DNA of 64,000 nucleotides from Blastocatellia bacterium (GTDB lineage Bacteria; Acidobacteriota; Blastocatellia; UBA7656): NCBI GenBank assembly GCA_963765495.1, contig CAVXWP010000016.1, positions 1-64,000 on the forward strand, written 5' to 3'. Shown piece after piece: positions 8,632 through 18,318 of the stretch. The position numbers were made by a program, and so were the translations under genes. The notes below the pieces were generated by a model, which was given only the letters and a program-made list of their open reading frames with translations, was not told the origin of the DNA and did not search any database. How positions within the stretch are numbered: the first letter of the stretch is position 1; each line of letters starts with the position of its first letter.

Positions 8632-8697
8632 ATTTTACAGAGCCACTTAAATAATGTCAACTTCCTTCTTGACAATTGAAAAGTAGCAAGTTAATAT
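8632..8697. promoter_or_regulatory. divergent sigma70 promoter pair
   Basis: Minus: TTGACA-17-TAAAAT (8660-8632). Plus: TTGACA-17-TAATAT (8669-8697). Confidence 0.7.
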
Positions 8698-8730
8698 ATC
8701 TATCCGTGCCAACGAAGAAGTGGCGAATTT

Positions 8731-9273
8731 ATGAGCGAGGAGAAGGGGTTTGGGAGAGGTAATTTCTTTTAAGCGTGTTTATCAGCCCCTTTGGGCTAAA
8801 TCTAATGAACGAGAACTGCTTGTTAAGCAGTATCTTGAAGAATCTGTTCCTTGTAGTATCGAAGAAGGGCCGGGAATGGGGGTAGGGTCATCCGAACTTT
8901 TGCCGGGAAATGCCGAGGACTACAATAAGGAGACAAGCGGCACAGACTGGCACGTTTTAGATACACCAATCTATATAGAAGTCACCGGACCATTGAAGCC
9001 ATTCCGTTTAACAAACCTTTGTGGGTAAGACCGGATAAGATCAATGCGGCAAGGTTTCAGAAGGATAGGAAGACTTGGATCGTTGACTGTTCACACGATA
9101 ATGAGCTATTCCGTGCTATTTCCCTCAATAAGCATTTCTTTGCCGAAATGTGCAGAGGAGCTTTTTCTATCGTCGAGCCATATATTCGCGGCAACGTTGA
9201 ACGATACTACGAGATTCCGGCTGACTCCTCTGTTATCTGTCCAATTGGTAATCTGGTTAGTGCTTGGAGTTGA
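8731..9273 (+). pseudogene. frameshifted hypothetical protein, possibly PD-(D/E)XK nuclease-like, 3' end cut by an IS3 end
   Basis: ORFs 8750-9028 and 9019-9273 overlap out of frame; GTD...IEVTG...WVRPDK; the stop codon lies inside the IS3 terminus. Confidence 0.5.
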
Positions 9274-9410
9274 CCCGGTTTCGTGGACAGGTAAACAATT
9301 ACCGGAAAGGAGTCCACGATGCCAAAAACACATACACCTTACTCACAAGAATTTCGTCAATCAATGGTCGAACTCGTCCGCGCTGGTCGTTCTCCTAACC
9401 AACTCGCTAA
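9265..9410 (+). mobile_element. IS3-family left-end remnant
   Basis: TGGAGTTGACCCGGTTTCGTGGACA end; orfA from 9319 (MPKTHTPYSQEFRQSMVELVRAGRSPNQLAK) is cut by IS5. Confidence 0.8.
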
Positions 9411-10340
9411 GAGCCTATATGAAAACCTAAATTTGAGCAGTAGCCACGAGACGATACAGTATTATCACTGCTGCCAAATGTAACATCGCTTCGTAATGCT
9501 CTACCTTCTTTTCCCATCTTATCAATATCCTTCTGTACCTGTTCATCCACGAATGTGTCCTCTCCACCACCCACCTCCTGGCTGGATATTTCTTCGCTCC
9601 ATCTATTGGCTTTTCGGCCTCTCCTCGCTTCTTTAGATGCAGTATGTAATCTCTAGCCATCACGCCTGCTATCACATCGGCATAATCATATCCCTTGTCC
9701 AAACACAAGTGATGTAAACGATAGATCATCTTCTCCGGACGATTCACAATTATTGAATCGAGTGTTTCAAGGGCCACACTCTTATCATGCGTGTTTGCGG
9801 ATGTGACTACTATCGCTAGTGGCGCTCCTTGCTGATCGGTCAAAAGACTTCGCTTTGTGCCGCTTTTTCCTCTATCTACAGGGCTTTTGCCTGTTGCCTC
9901 ACCGCCAAGTGGGGCTTTCGTTATTGCTCCATCAAGCGATTGGAATTTCCATTTGATGCCCAGTTTCAGGTCGTAGTATTCAAGCAATAATTTCCAGGCT
10001 TTGGCAAAGACTCCTGCTTTGACCCGCTTTCTATAAATGCCATGAATAGTAGAGCCAGGAGCATATTCTTGACGAGGGAGAGCCTGCCATTGACAGCCAG
10101 TTCTAAGGACATAAACTATGGCATCAAAAGCAAGGCGGTAAGGAGTATGAGGCCTGCCAGGAGAGCCATATGGTTTCTCAGGACCGAAGAGAGGAGCAAT
10201 GAGACTCCACAAATCGTCAGGAATGTGCCAAATTGTATCTAAAGAGGGCTTGGTGGACATGAACTTTCCTCCATCGAAAGATTTCTCAAGAAGAAAGTTT
10301 AATCCATCAAGTCCTTTAGATCACGTTTTCGTATAGGCTC
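9411..10340 (-). mobile_element. IS5-family insertion sequence (930 bp)
   Basis: TIRs GAGCCTATATGAAAAC / GTTTTCGTATAGGCTC, flanked by TAA and TTA. Confidence 0.9.
9427..10260 (-). CDS. IS5-family transposase
   Basis: YVLRTGCQW, SLDG, DKGYD and RWVVERTHSWMNRYRRI. Confidence 0.95.
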   Translation of the reverse strand: MSTKPSLDTIWHIPDDLWSLIAPLFGPEKPYGSPGRPHTPYRLAFDAIVYVLRTGCQWQALPRQEYAPGSTIHGIYRKRVKAGVFAKAWKLLLEYYDLKLGIKWKFQSLDGAITKAPLGGEATGKSPVDRGKSGTKRSLLTDQQGAPLAIVVTSANTHDKSVALETLDSIIVNRPEKMIYRLHHLCLDKGYDYADVIAGVMARDYILHLKKRGEAEKPIDGAKKYPARRWVVERTHSWMNRYRRILIRWEKKVEHYEAMLHLAAVIILYRLVATAQI

Positions 10341-10619
10341 TTAATCTCTCGGATCGATATGGCGTCCTGTCTAATCTGAACGGGACAAAATTCACGGCTC
10401 TCAAATTGATACCTGATATGGAGGGTTAAAAACATACAAAGCGAATGAGACCCATCTGTCGGCAAGGATAAAAAGGGATAGCAGGCTGGTGCGTGATTGC
10501 AACTACTGATAACCATTGAAAGCTAAGATATAAGCTATCTGACTGAGTTTTAATAGGGACGAATTCGTCCCATGACTGAGAATAGAAACTCACGAAAGAC
10601 TCGCTTAAGGAGGTAGGTC

Positions 10620-11231
10620 ATGATTAGTCGGAAAGTGTTGCAGGTTGTTACTATTATTCTGTTTTTGAGCGGCTTTGGTGCTCTCTCTTTTGCTGATTCG
10701 ATGCTTGCATCAGACAATGAGGGTGGTGCGGAAGCACAGCAGCAGAAACCGGCAAACCCCTGTAATCCATGTGCCAGGAAAGCGCAGAACCCTTGTAATC
10801 CTTGCGCCAAGAAGGCCCAAAACCCTTGCAATCCCTGCGGAGGCAAGATGGCGTCCAGCGAAGTTTATACCCCTGCAACTTCATACAGTGGATGGCTCAA
10901 GATAAATAGCAAGCCCATTTTGAGCCATCCACATGCCAATATGTTCGTTACAACATTTGCCAATCCTATAGCTCAGGCGGCAATAAAGAGCAAAGCCGGT
11001 CAGTTTCCGGTCGGCTCAATACTGGTTAAAGAATCGCACATGGATGCTAATGGCAAGCCGGGCGCGAAAGGGACCACCTTTGCAATGGAAAAGACTGCCG
11101 AGGGATGGCTGTGGGTGACTACCGACCCATCAGGACACGTGACGGGCAAGGGTGACAGCCAGCAAATGCAGATGTGCTCCGGGTGCCACCAATCCGCGCA
11201 AACGGATTCGGCCTTTTTGCGCGAGAAGTAA
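10620..11231 (+). CDS. cytochrome P460-family protein with N-terminal Cys-rich repeats
   Basis: Signal peptide, three NPCNPC units, FPVGSILVKE (Lys at the P460 cross-link-type position), AMEK...W.W and C-terminal CSGCH. Confidence 0.8.
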   Translation: MISRKVLQVVTIILFLSGFGALSFADSMLASDNEGGAEAQQQKPANPCNPCARKAQNPCNPCAKKAQNPCNPCGGKMASSEVYTPATSYSGWLKINSKPILSHPHANMFVTTFANPIAQAAIKSKAGQFPVGSILVKESHMDANGKPGAKGTTFAMEKTAEGWLWVTTDPSGHVTGKGDSQQMQMCSGCHQSAQTDSAFLREK

Positions 11232-11381
11232 TCATGAAATCTGGCCCCCAAGTGCTCCGCTTGAACAGGGTGCAATAACCGTGCGAGCCATTCCGGTTTG
11301 AGTGAAGTGGATGTGCGGCCAGCCCGGGGCGCGCGGACACTATTTCCGCGCCCCGGACACTACGATGAGAGGTGAACGCGG

Positions 11382-12449
11382 ATGAAGAAGGGATTGTTGA
11401 TGAAATCAGGATATATGATGCTGGCTTCACTCACACTCGTGGCCGTCGTCCTTGCAGTAAGGGCGCATCAAGAGAAACAGACTCCGCCACACGGCGCGAG
11501 TGAGGGTCAGATATTGTTGATCGCAGGCGGAACCTTTCTCATGGGAACAGATGCACCCGGCGAGCACGCACATCATAGCCACGTTACTAAAACCAGCGCG
11601 TCTAGCTCAACCGTCAAAGACCCGGCGCACGATGTTGGCTACGATGATGAGCGGCCTGCTCATCGAGTAGTCATCAGCCCTTTTTATATGGATTCTACAG
11701 AGGTGACAAACACCGAGTTTGCCAGCTTCGTTGAAGCGACGGGTTATGAGACGGATGCCGAAAAGCGCGGCTCTTCGTGGGTTTATAAGAAGGGCCTGAC
11801 CGATTGGGAAGACATAAAAGGAGCTGACTGGCGGCACCCGCTTGGACCTGATTCGACCATAGCCGATAAGATGAGCCACCCGGTAGTCAACGTCTCGTGG
11901 AATGACGCAACGGCTTATGCCCGATGGGCGGGCAAGCGACTGCCCACGGAAGCCGAGTGGGAATACTCTGCGCGCGGCGGACGCGAAGGCGAAATCTATC
12001 CGTGGGGCAACCGGCTTTCGCCGGAGGGTAAGCCACTGGCGAATTTCTGGCAAGGGGCGTGGCCAGCAAATAATAAATTGGAGGATGGGTACTACTACAC
12101 CGCCCCTGTGGCGAGTTTCGCGCCAAACGGTTACGGCCTGTTTGACATGATTGGTAACGTTTGGGAATGGACCGCCGACTGGTACGAGGAAGATTACTAC
12201 AAGCACAGTCCCGCAAAAGACCCTAGAGGGCCTGATTCGGGAGAGCTTAGAGTAGCGCGAGGAGGGTCGTGGTTCTGCTCTGAGAATTATTGCGGGGCTT
12301 ATCGTGTGGGATTCAGGGGAAGAAGCCCTCAGGATGCCAGCTTCAATAATGTCGGATTCCGTTGCGCGAAAGATAAACGAGGAGTCTCCGGAAGTGAGGA
12401 AGTAAATTATGGAAAACCGTGTAATAAAAGAGAGAAGCGAAGCCGGTAA
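11382..12449 (+). CDS. formylglycine-generating enzyme (SUMF1/FGE) family protein
   Basis: DERPAH, EVTN, WRHP.GP, RLPTEAEWE, GNVWEW and RGGSWFCSENYC..YR (both Cu-binding Cys retained); hydrophobic N-terminus and His-rich loop. Confidence 0.92.
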   Translation: MKKGLLMKSGYMMLASLTLVAVVLAVRAHQEKQTPPHGASEGQILLIAGGTFLMGTDAPGEHAHHSHVTKTSASSSTVKDPAHDVGYDDERPAHRVVISPFYMDSTEVTNTEFASFVEATGYETDAEKRGSSWVYKKGLTDWEDIKGADWRHPLGPDSTIADKMSHPVVNVSWNDATAYARWAGKRLPTEAEWEYSARGGREGEIYPWGNRLSPEGKPLANFWQGAWPANNKLEDGYYYTAPVASFAPNGYGLFDMIGNVWEWTADWYEEDYYKHSPAKDPRGPDSGELRVARGGSWFCSENYCGAYRVGFRGRSPQDASFNNVGFRCAKDKRGVSGSEEVNYGKPCNKREKRSR

Positions 12450-13011
12450 CGCCCTTGTGAATCTCTTTATCTCGTTCTGTTTGTTGTTTGTCGGTGCGGG
12501 TCTGGTCCTTAGCGTCGTGACCGGCTCTCCTGATGAGGACGAAAATAGAATCATGGCAGCCGAAAAAAAGGTCGATAAAGACGAAAGCGTCGAGACAACA
12601 AAACCTCCGGCTCCGGAATTCAGATTGAAAGATACTTCCGGAAAGGAAGTAAAGCTCTCCGATTTCAAGGGTGAAATCGTAGTAGTGAATTTCTGGGCGA
12701 CCTGGTGCGGACCGTGCCTTATGGAGATACCTTCACTGGTCAAGCTGCGCGAGCAGTATCATGACAAGGGGGTGGAGATTGTCGCCATATCACTGAACCA
12801 GAACAGCCCCAAACAATTAGCCCGATTCGCCAGGGATTTCAACATAAACTATCCGGTTGTGATCGGGACAGAGGATGTGGTTGAGGCATTCGGCCCCGTG
12901 AATGCAATCCCAACTACTATCATCATAGACAGAGAGGGACAAGTTTATAGTCGCCATACGGGGTTGATCTCTTTTGACGAGGCTGAACGCAGTATCCAGC
13001 CCTTGTTATGA
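12409..13011 (+). CDS. TlpA/ResA-family membrane-anchored thiol-disulfide oxidoreductase
   Basis: N-terminal TM, VNFWATWCGPC, IPTT. Confidence 0.92.
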   Translation: MENRVIKERSEAGNALVNLFISFCLLFVGAGLVLSVVTGSPDEDENRIMAAEKKVDKDESVETTKPPAPEFRLKDTSGKEVKLSDFKGEIVVVNFWATWCGPCLMEIPSLVKLREQYHDKGVEIVAISLNQNSPKQLARFARDFNINYPVVIGTEDVVEAFGPVNAIPTTIIIDREGQVYSRHTGLISFDEAERSIQPLL

Positions 13012-13567
13012 ATAGCGAGACCAAGATGAGACCTGTAACTACTCTTTCGCATTGCGAAACTTCAGAAGGGCCGTCCGAAGAGAGGCGCTCTTTTCTCGGC
13101 ATCCTGATAGGGCTTATAGCTTCGGGCATCACCGCCGTACTTGGTGTGAACATTGGTCGTTACAGCATAGCTCCCGCGCTTTCGGCCGCAGGACAGCCGG
13201 AATGGACCGAGGCGGGGCTGCTGGACGAAATCCCGGAGGACGAACCCGTTAAACGCTATGTCGTCATTTCGCAAGAGGCCGGATGGGGCCGCTTCAATTC
13301 TCAACGGCTGGTCTGGGTGCTGAAAAAGGGAACTGAAATCACGGTATTTTGGCCGTGTGCCCGCATCTGGGATGCACTGTCAATCAAGCGCAACGTGGGT
13401 TCATCTGTCCCTGCCACGGTTCGGCCTGGGACGCGGAAGGCAACCGGCTGGGCGGTCCCACCCCCCGAGGCATGGACATACTCGAACATCGCGTCGAGGG
13501 CGATTTGCTCAAGGTGAGATACCAGCACTTCCAACAGGGAGTAGATCGAAAAGAACCGGTGACTTGA
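13008..13567 (+). CDS. Rieske Fe-S subunit of a cytochrome bc complex, 1-nt frameshift near 13348
   Basis: Tat-like RRSFLG plus TM in the 13008 frame; CPHLGC and CPCHGS in the 13349 frame. Confidence 0.85.
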
Positions 13568-13568
13568 T

Positions 13569-15305
13569 ATGAGCGCAGCTACATCACGCATAAACAGAGC
13601 ATACGATTGGCTGGACGAGCGGGCCGGTGTGAGACAGCTTTTGCGGGGCGCGCTCGACGAGCCTATACGCGGCGGCGCCCGCTGGGCATATGTATTCGGC
13701 AGCACTCTAATTTTTTTGTTCGCTCTGCAGGCGATCACTGGAATTTTCCTGGCGATGTACTATGTGCCGAGCGCCGACCATGCGCACGTGAGCGTCGCAT
13801 TTATTCAGAAGGCGGTTCCGGGCGGCGCGCTCCTCAGAGGGCTGCATTATTACGGCGCGAGCGCGATGGTGATTATAATAGCCGCGCACATCGCGCAGAC
13901 ATTCCTTTTCGGAGCATACAAAGGCAAGCGCGAGTTGCTTTGGATAGTGGGCGGTTTACTCCTGGTTATTGTATTGGGATTTGCATTCACAGGGTATTTG
14001 CTGCCGTGGGATCAAGAGGCCTATTTCGGAACAAAAGTAGGAAGTTCGGTAGCGGGTGAAGTGCCTCTGGTCGGTCCTGTTCAGCAGCGCATCATGCTTG
14101 GGGGAACCGAGCTAACCTCGCTCACGCTTTCCAGGTTTTTCATGGTTCACGTCTTTCTGTTACCTCTCGCGCTCGGGCTTCTGGTTGTATTGCATATATA
14201 CTTGTTCAAACGAGCAGGCGCGGCAGGGCCGTTCCACAATAAGAGCGATCATCGAGTCGAGCGGTTCTACCCGAAACAGTTGCTGAAGGACTCCGCCTTT
14301 GTGTTGATTGTGTTCGCAGCGCTTCTTTTACTGGCCAACTTCGTACCCGCAAGACTTGGCCCACAGGCAGATCCTACTTCGGATTTTCTGGCCCGTCCGG
14401 CCTGGTATTTTTTGCCTCTGTTTCAACTGCTGAAATACTTCCCCGGGCAATGGTCTTTGATACCGACTGTTTTGTTGCCGGGCGTCTTGTTCGCGCTGAT
14501 CTTCCTGGTGCCGTTTATTGACAGGCGGCGGGAACGCAACCCACTAAGACGCCCCGTGGCCACTGCAGCGCTTGTATTCACGCTTGCGGGATCGGTTGGT
14601 TTGATCGCAATGTCAAAGTATCAGGACAATGCGAATCTCGAATTCAGCCGCAAGCTCAAGCAACAGGAAGAAGAAGCAAGCAGATTTCTCCAGGCCGCCT
14701 TCCAGCCTCAAGAGATAGGTCGGTCGATAGCAATGATGCCACCAGGTGTTGCGAACCCTTCGGTAGTCGGGTCCGCCCCGCTAAAGATATTTTTCGCCAA
14801 CTGCGCAAACTGTCATGGCGCGGATGCAACCGGAGGGGCGTTCGGGCCGTCACTTGTGAATCTCGCGCGAAGGCGCGACCTCACATCAAACTTTCTCATG
14901 GGTTGGATCGAAGGTCATGGCCGCGAGCCGTCTGCGGATTCGATGCCCAGGTACAAACAACTGACCGAAGAGGAGCGCCGGGATCTGGCTGCCTGGCTGC
15001 TCAAACTTGAGAAGCCTGTAGAGCCGTCTGCCATCAACCCTCAAACTGCGGTAGATGGTGAGCCTCCCTCGGTCTTCAGCGCCAATTGCGCACTCTGTCA
15101 TGGCGACCGGGGAGAGGGCAGCATCGGTCCGCCGCTCATAGGAATCACTTCAAAACCGAACCGCAGCAAAGAAGACCTCATCAAACTGCTACAAAATCCC
15201 AGGTCATACGGCCTTGAAGATCCTATGCCCGAAACCTTCCCCGATCTGACCGAAGAGGATATTCGCAAAATAGCCGATTGGCTGGAAAGGCTCAATCCCG
15301 AATAG
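13569..15305 (+). CDS. cytochrome b fused to two c-type haem domains
   Basis: RGLHYYG, AHIAQ, GYLLPWDQ, FFMVHV, VLHI, RPAWYF; C-terminal CANCH and CALCH. Confidence 0.95.
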   Translation: MSAATSRINRAYDWLDERAGVRQLLRGALDEPIRGGARWAYVFGSTLIFLFALQAITGIFLAMYYVPSADHAHVSVAFIQKAVPGGALLRGLHYYGASAMVIIIAAHIAQTFLFGAYKGKRELLWIVGGLLLVIVLGFAFTGYLLPWDQEAYFGTKVGSSVAGEVPLVGPVQQRIMLGGTELTSLTLSRFFMVHVFLLPLALGLLVVLHIYLFKRAGAAGPFHNKSDHRVERFYPKQLLKDSAFVLIVFAALLLLANFVPARLGPQADPTSDFLARPAWYFLPLFQLLKYFPGQWSLIPTVLLPGVLFALIFLVPFIDRRRERNPLRRPVATAALVFTLAGSVGLIAMSKYQDNANLEFSRKLKQQEEEASRFLQAAFQPQEIGRSIAMMPPGVANPSVVGSAPLKIFFANCANCHGADATGGAFGPSLVNLARRRDLTSNFLMGWIEGHGREPSADSMPRYKQLTEEERRDLAAWLLKLEKPVEPSAINPQTAVDGEPPSVFSANCALCHGDRGEGSIGPPLIGITSKPNRSKEDLIKLLQNPRSYGLEDPMPETFPDLTEEDIRKIADWLERLNPE

Positions 15306-15373
15306 GAAACGCTCAGAAGGAACTATTTACTGACCTCATTGCAGGTACCGGTTCGAAAAGGAGAATAACAAAG

Positions 15374-15733
15374 ATGGATAAAGTCAGATACTCAAAGTCA
15401 ATCATAATTTCAACAACTGCGCTGTTGACGATGTTCGCCATATTAACGCCGACCAGGGCGGCGCTGTCACCAGCAGCCCTGCTTGACGGGGCTTCGGATT
15501 TCGGTGCGAAATGCGCGTTTTGTCACGGTAAAGACGGGCGCGGCCTGCCTAAATGGAAAGAGAAGGGTCAGCCCGATTTCTCCAACGCCAAATGGCAACA
15601 GTCTCGAACCGATACGCAAATTGCCGGCGCAATTCGAAGTGGTAAGGGTAAGTTCATGCCTGCCTGGAAAGGCAAGCTCTCCGACGAACAGATTACGGCG
15701 CTGGTAGGCCGGATAAGAGCATTTGCAAAGTAG
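15374..15733 (+). CDS. class I cytochrome c
   Basis: Signal peptide, CAFCHGKDG, distal MPAW. Confidence 0.92.
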   Translation: MDKVRYSKSIIISTTALLTMFAILTPTRAALSPAALLDGASDFGAKCAFCHGKDGRGLPKWKEKGQPDFSNAKWQQSRTDTQIAGAIRSGKGKFMPAWKGKLSDEQITALVGRIRAFAK

Positions 15734-15814
15734 AATCGAGATGAGGGCGCGCCCGCAGATTAACTGCGACGTTGAACAATCGGCAGCCGCATTAAGTATA
15801 CCATCTCTTCCAAT

Positions 15815-16576
15815 TCATTCAGCGGCCTTTTGCTCAAGCCCCTTGCGATCAATGATTTTGATTTGCATTCGTCCGATAGTGATAATGCCTGAGTCCTTCA
15901 GCTCATCAAGTGTTTCCGTCACAGTCTCACGAAAGACACCAAGCCTGTCAGCAATATCTTGATGTCTTAATTCTCTTACCTCATCACTGTCGGCCGCTTT
16001 CAACAAGAAAGAAGCTATACGCGAAGCAGCTTCTTTGAACGCGAATTCTTCCAATCCGCGCTCTGCCTCGATCATTCGCTTACCGATTACCTCAAGTATG
16101 CGTAATGCCACCTTTGGCTTTGAGAGTAGCAATTGCTCTACATCGGCGCGATTCATCGTGCAGACCAGAGAATCCTTTTTAGCCCTTGCGAACCTATCGT
16201 ACACTCCCTGCCCAATGCAGCTCATTTCGCCAAAGAATGAGTAGGGATGCAATTCGGCAATTACAAGCCTTCTTCCCCATGCGGACTCGCGGTAAATCTG
16301 CACAATTCCTTTCTTGAGGATATAGAGCATCTGGGAAGTTTCACCAGGCGTAAAGAAGACGCCGCCAGCTTTGCAGGCTCGCATGACCGTGGCGTGTTCA
16401 ATCTCTTCGATTTCTTCCGGGGTCAGGCCCTGAAATATTTCTGCAACCGATAGATCCCCGCCCTTTGATCGTGATTCGGTCTCCTCAACCGATTCTGTTT
16501 CCTCGTCACATCGAACGATTGTATCTACCGACCGATTTCTTGATGGCCTGGTCCTTCTTGATGGTCTTCCTGGCAT
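15815..16576 (-). CDS. Crp/Fnr-family regulator 1
   Basis: cNMP-type barrel (FFGEM) and HTH HQDIADRLGVFRETVT; start codon uncertain. Confidence 0.9.
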   Translation of the reverse strand: MPGRPSRRTRPSRNRSVDTIVRCDEETESVEETESRSKGGDLSVAEIFQGLTPEEIEEIEHATVMRACKAGGVFFTPGETSQMLYILKKGIVQIYRESAWGRRLVIAELHPYSFFGEMSCIGQGVYDRFARAKKDSLVCTMNRADVEQLLLSKPKVALRILEVIGKRMIEAERGLEEFAFKEAASRIASFLLKAADSDEVRELRHQDIADRLGVFRETVTETLDELKDSGIITIGRMQIKIIDRKGLEQKAAE

Positions 16577-16808
16577 TCATTCCACCCCTTTCCACATAGC
16601 TTGAATTCCGTCTCCATAGGTAATATTCCTTAAAACCACTTCTTTCGCTGGATTCATGCATGCTAACAGTTCATGAAAAGCGCGAATGTACGTGCTACTA
16701 CTGAGAAGCCATTTAATATCAGGCAAACTGTTATGGATTTGGGTGAATACGCGCTATGTATTTGCGGTCCCAAATTGACGGTATGTAAAGCAGATTGGGA
16801 GAACAAGA

Positions 16809-17174
16809 ATGGCTGATAAATCATTGAGAGAGATTACTTCTTCGGAATTTCCTATGCTTATCAGGGGCGAACGACCAGTGTTTGTGGATTTTTATGCAAC
16901 CTGGTGCGCCCCTTGTAAGGCTATGGAACCTGTCATCGCCCGCCTGTCAGAATATTTCGCCGGGCAGGCCATAATAGTAAAGGTCAATATAGACCAGAGT
17001 CCTGACCTGGCTGCGAGCAACGGTGTCAGAGGCGTGCCCACCTTCATGCTCTTTGCCGAAGGTAAAGCCGTCGAACGAGTCGTCGGCATAACGAGCGAGA
17101 AGGCTCTGGCAGCGCTGATTACTCCGCACGTTGAGCGGCCCCGGCCCTCAGGTGAGCCTGTGGCTGCGCTCTGA
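16809..17174 (+). CDS. trxA: thioredoxin
   Basis: VDFYATWCAPC, VPT. Confidence 0.92.
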   Translation: MADKSLREITSSEFPMLIRGERPVFVDFYATWCAPCKAMEPVIARLSEYFAGQAIIVKVNIDQSPDLAASNGVRGVPTFMLFAEGKAVERVVGITSEKALAALITPHVERPRPSGEPVAAL

Positions 17175-17181
17175 CACATCG

Positions 17182-17347
17182 ACTATAGGGATGGGCGCGT
17201 TGATGATTGCGCTCGGAACCTTCAGCGGGGTTGTTGCCTTGCTGCCGCGCTCGGGCGTGTGGAGGTGAAAATCAAAAAGGTATTCGGCGTCATAATGATT
17301 TTGATCGCCAAATACCTGCACATTCAGGGAGGGCAAAGAGCACTGAG
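17182..17347 (+). pseudogene. C-terminal remnant of a CcdA/DsbD-type membrane protein
   Basis: Reads IGMGALMIALGTFSGVVALLPRSGVW/VKIKKVFGVIMILIAKYL across a frameshift, with no N-terminal part. Confidence 0.6.
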
Positions 17348-17385
17348 CCAATCAATGCTCTTTGCCCGTCCAAAAGGGCTTAACC

Positions 17386-17796
17386 ATGAGCGTGAAAGCG
17401 ACGAGCGAGACAAGAGAACCACAAACTGCTCTTCAGTGCTGCCTCGTTTGTGGCCGGATGCTCACCGAGCGTGCTCTACACGACGACCTCGAAGACAGAG
17501 TTCTTGCGGCCATCATCTCCGAGCATCCAGAATGGGTGGAGGCGAGTGGTGAATGCAAGCAGTGCATAACGCAGTATCGCGAACTGCTGAAGCGACGTGA
17601 GGATCGAGCCGTAGCGGAAAGAGAGAAACAGAGCCGTAAACGGCGATGGCTGTCACTCTTGATCGAAAGGTTTAAGCGCTTCCCTTTAAGGACCGAAAGG
17701 GCAAAGATCAATCGTATAAAGGAAAACAAGGATATGACAAAAGAGAGTTCTCGTCTACCATGTCACAGGCACTCCGACTATAGTGTTCCTCGATAA
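17386..17796 (+). CDS. hypothetical protein with two CxxC pairs
   Basis: CLVC...HPEW...CKQC. Confidence 0.6.
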   Translation: MSVKATSETREPQTALQCCLVCGRMLTERALHDDLEDRVLAAIISEHPEWVEASGECKQCITQYRELLKRREDRAVAEREKQSRKRRWLSLLIERFKRFPLRTERAKINRIKENKDMTKESSRLPCHRHSDYSVPR

Positions 17797-17982
17797 GGAG
17801 GGCGTGGTTCGCTATTTTGGAAACGAGTTGCCAAGAGATTACTCTGACCGCCTTGATACGATCATCGCGCAAACCTTATAAGCGGCAGATAGACTCAGAC
17901 GGTACAATCGGCAATACAGATGTGCGATTTGGTCATCGGGCGTCACCTGGAAGGCGCGAGCGAATTTCGAAAGGTAGGTTTT

Positions 17983-18318
17983 ATGGATTGGAGCGCAATC
18001 AAAGACTGGTTCTTGAGTTTCGGACAGCAGTACAATGTAAACCCTATCATATTCGGCGCGATTTACATCGGGGCGATCCCTTTCTTTTCGGCTTCAATCG
18101 CCTGGCTTGTGCGAAACTATCGCAAAGGAAAGTCTATAGTGCTGCCGATACTCTCTGCCGGGTTTTTCTTTATCTCAGCCTACCTGTATTTGATAATCGC
18201 CGGGCACAACGTCCCTCTTTGGGTCTACCTTGTTTTAGCGGCTATGATCGTTTTTGGTATCTTTTCCACAATCAGGAAGGTTCGCAAACAGATTAAAGAA
18301 GAACCCCATGAAATTTGA
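17983..18318 (+). CDS. small 3-TM membrane protein
   Basis: Three hydrophobic segments; overlaps the next start codon. Confidence 0.75.
   Translation: MDWSAIKDWFLSFGQQYNVNPIIFGAIYIGAIPFFSASIAWLVRNYRKGKSIVLPILSAGFFFISAYLYLIIAGHNVPLWVYLVLAAMIVFGIFSTIRKVRKQIKEEPHEI

Noticed and set aside
11607-12743. Long antisense ORFs (also 39143-40054, 40306-41229, 47213-48178, 48997-49995, 58665-59462)
   Set aside because: Shadows of well-supported genes on the opposite strand, with no motifs.
13340-13355. Programmed frameshift in the Rieske gene
   Set aside because: No slippery heptamer; a one-base loss (error or mutation) is simpler.
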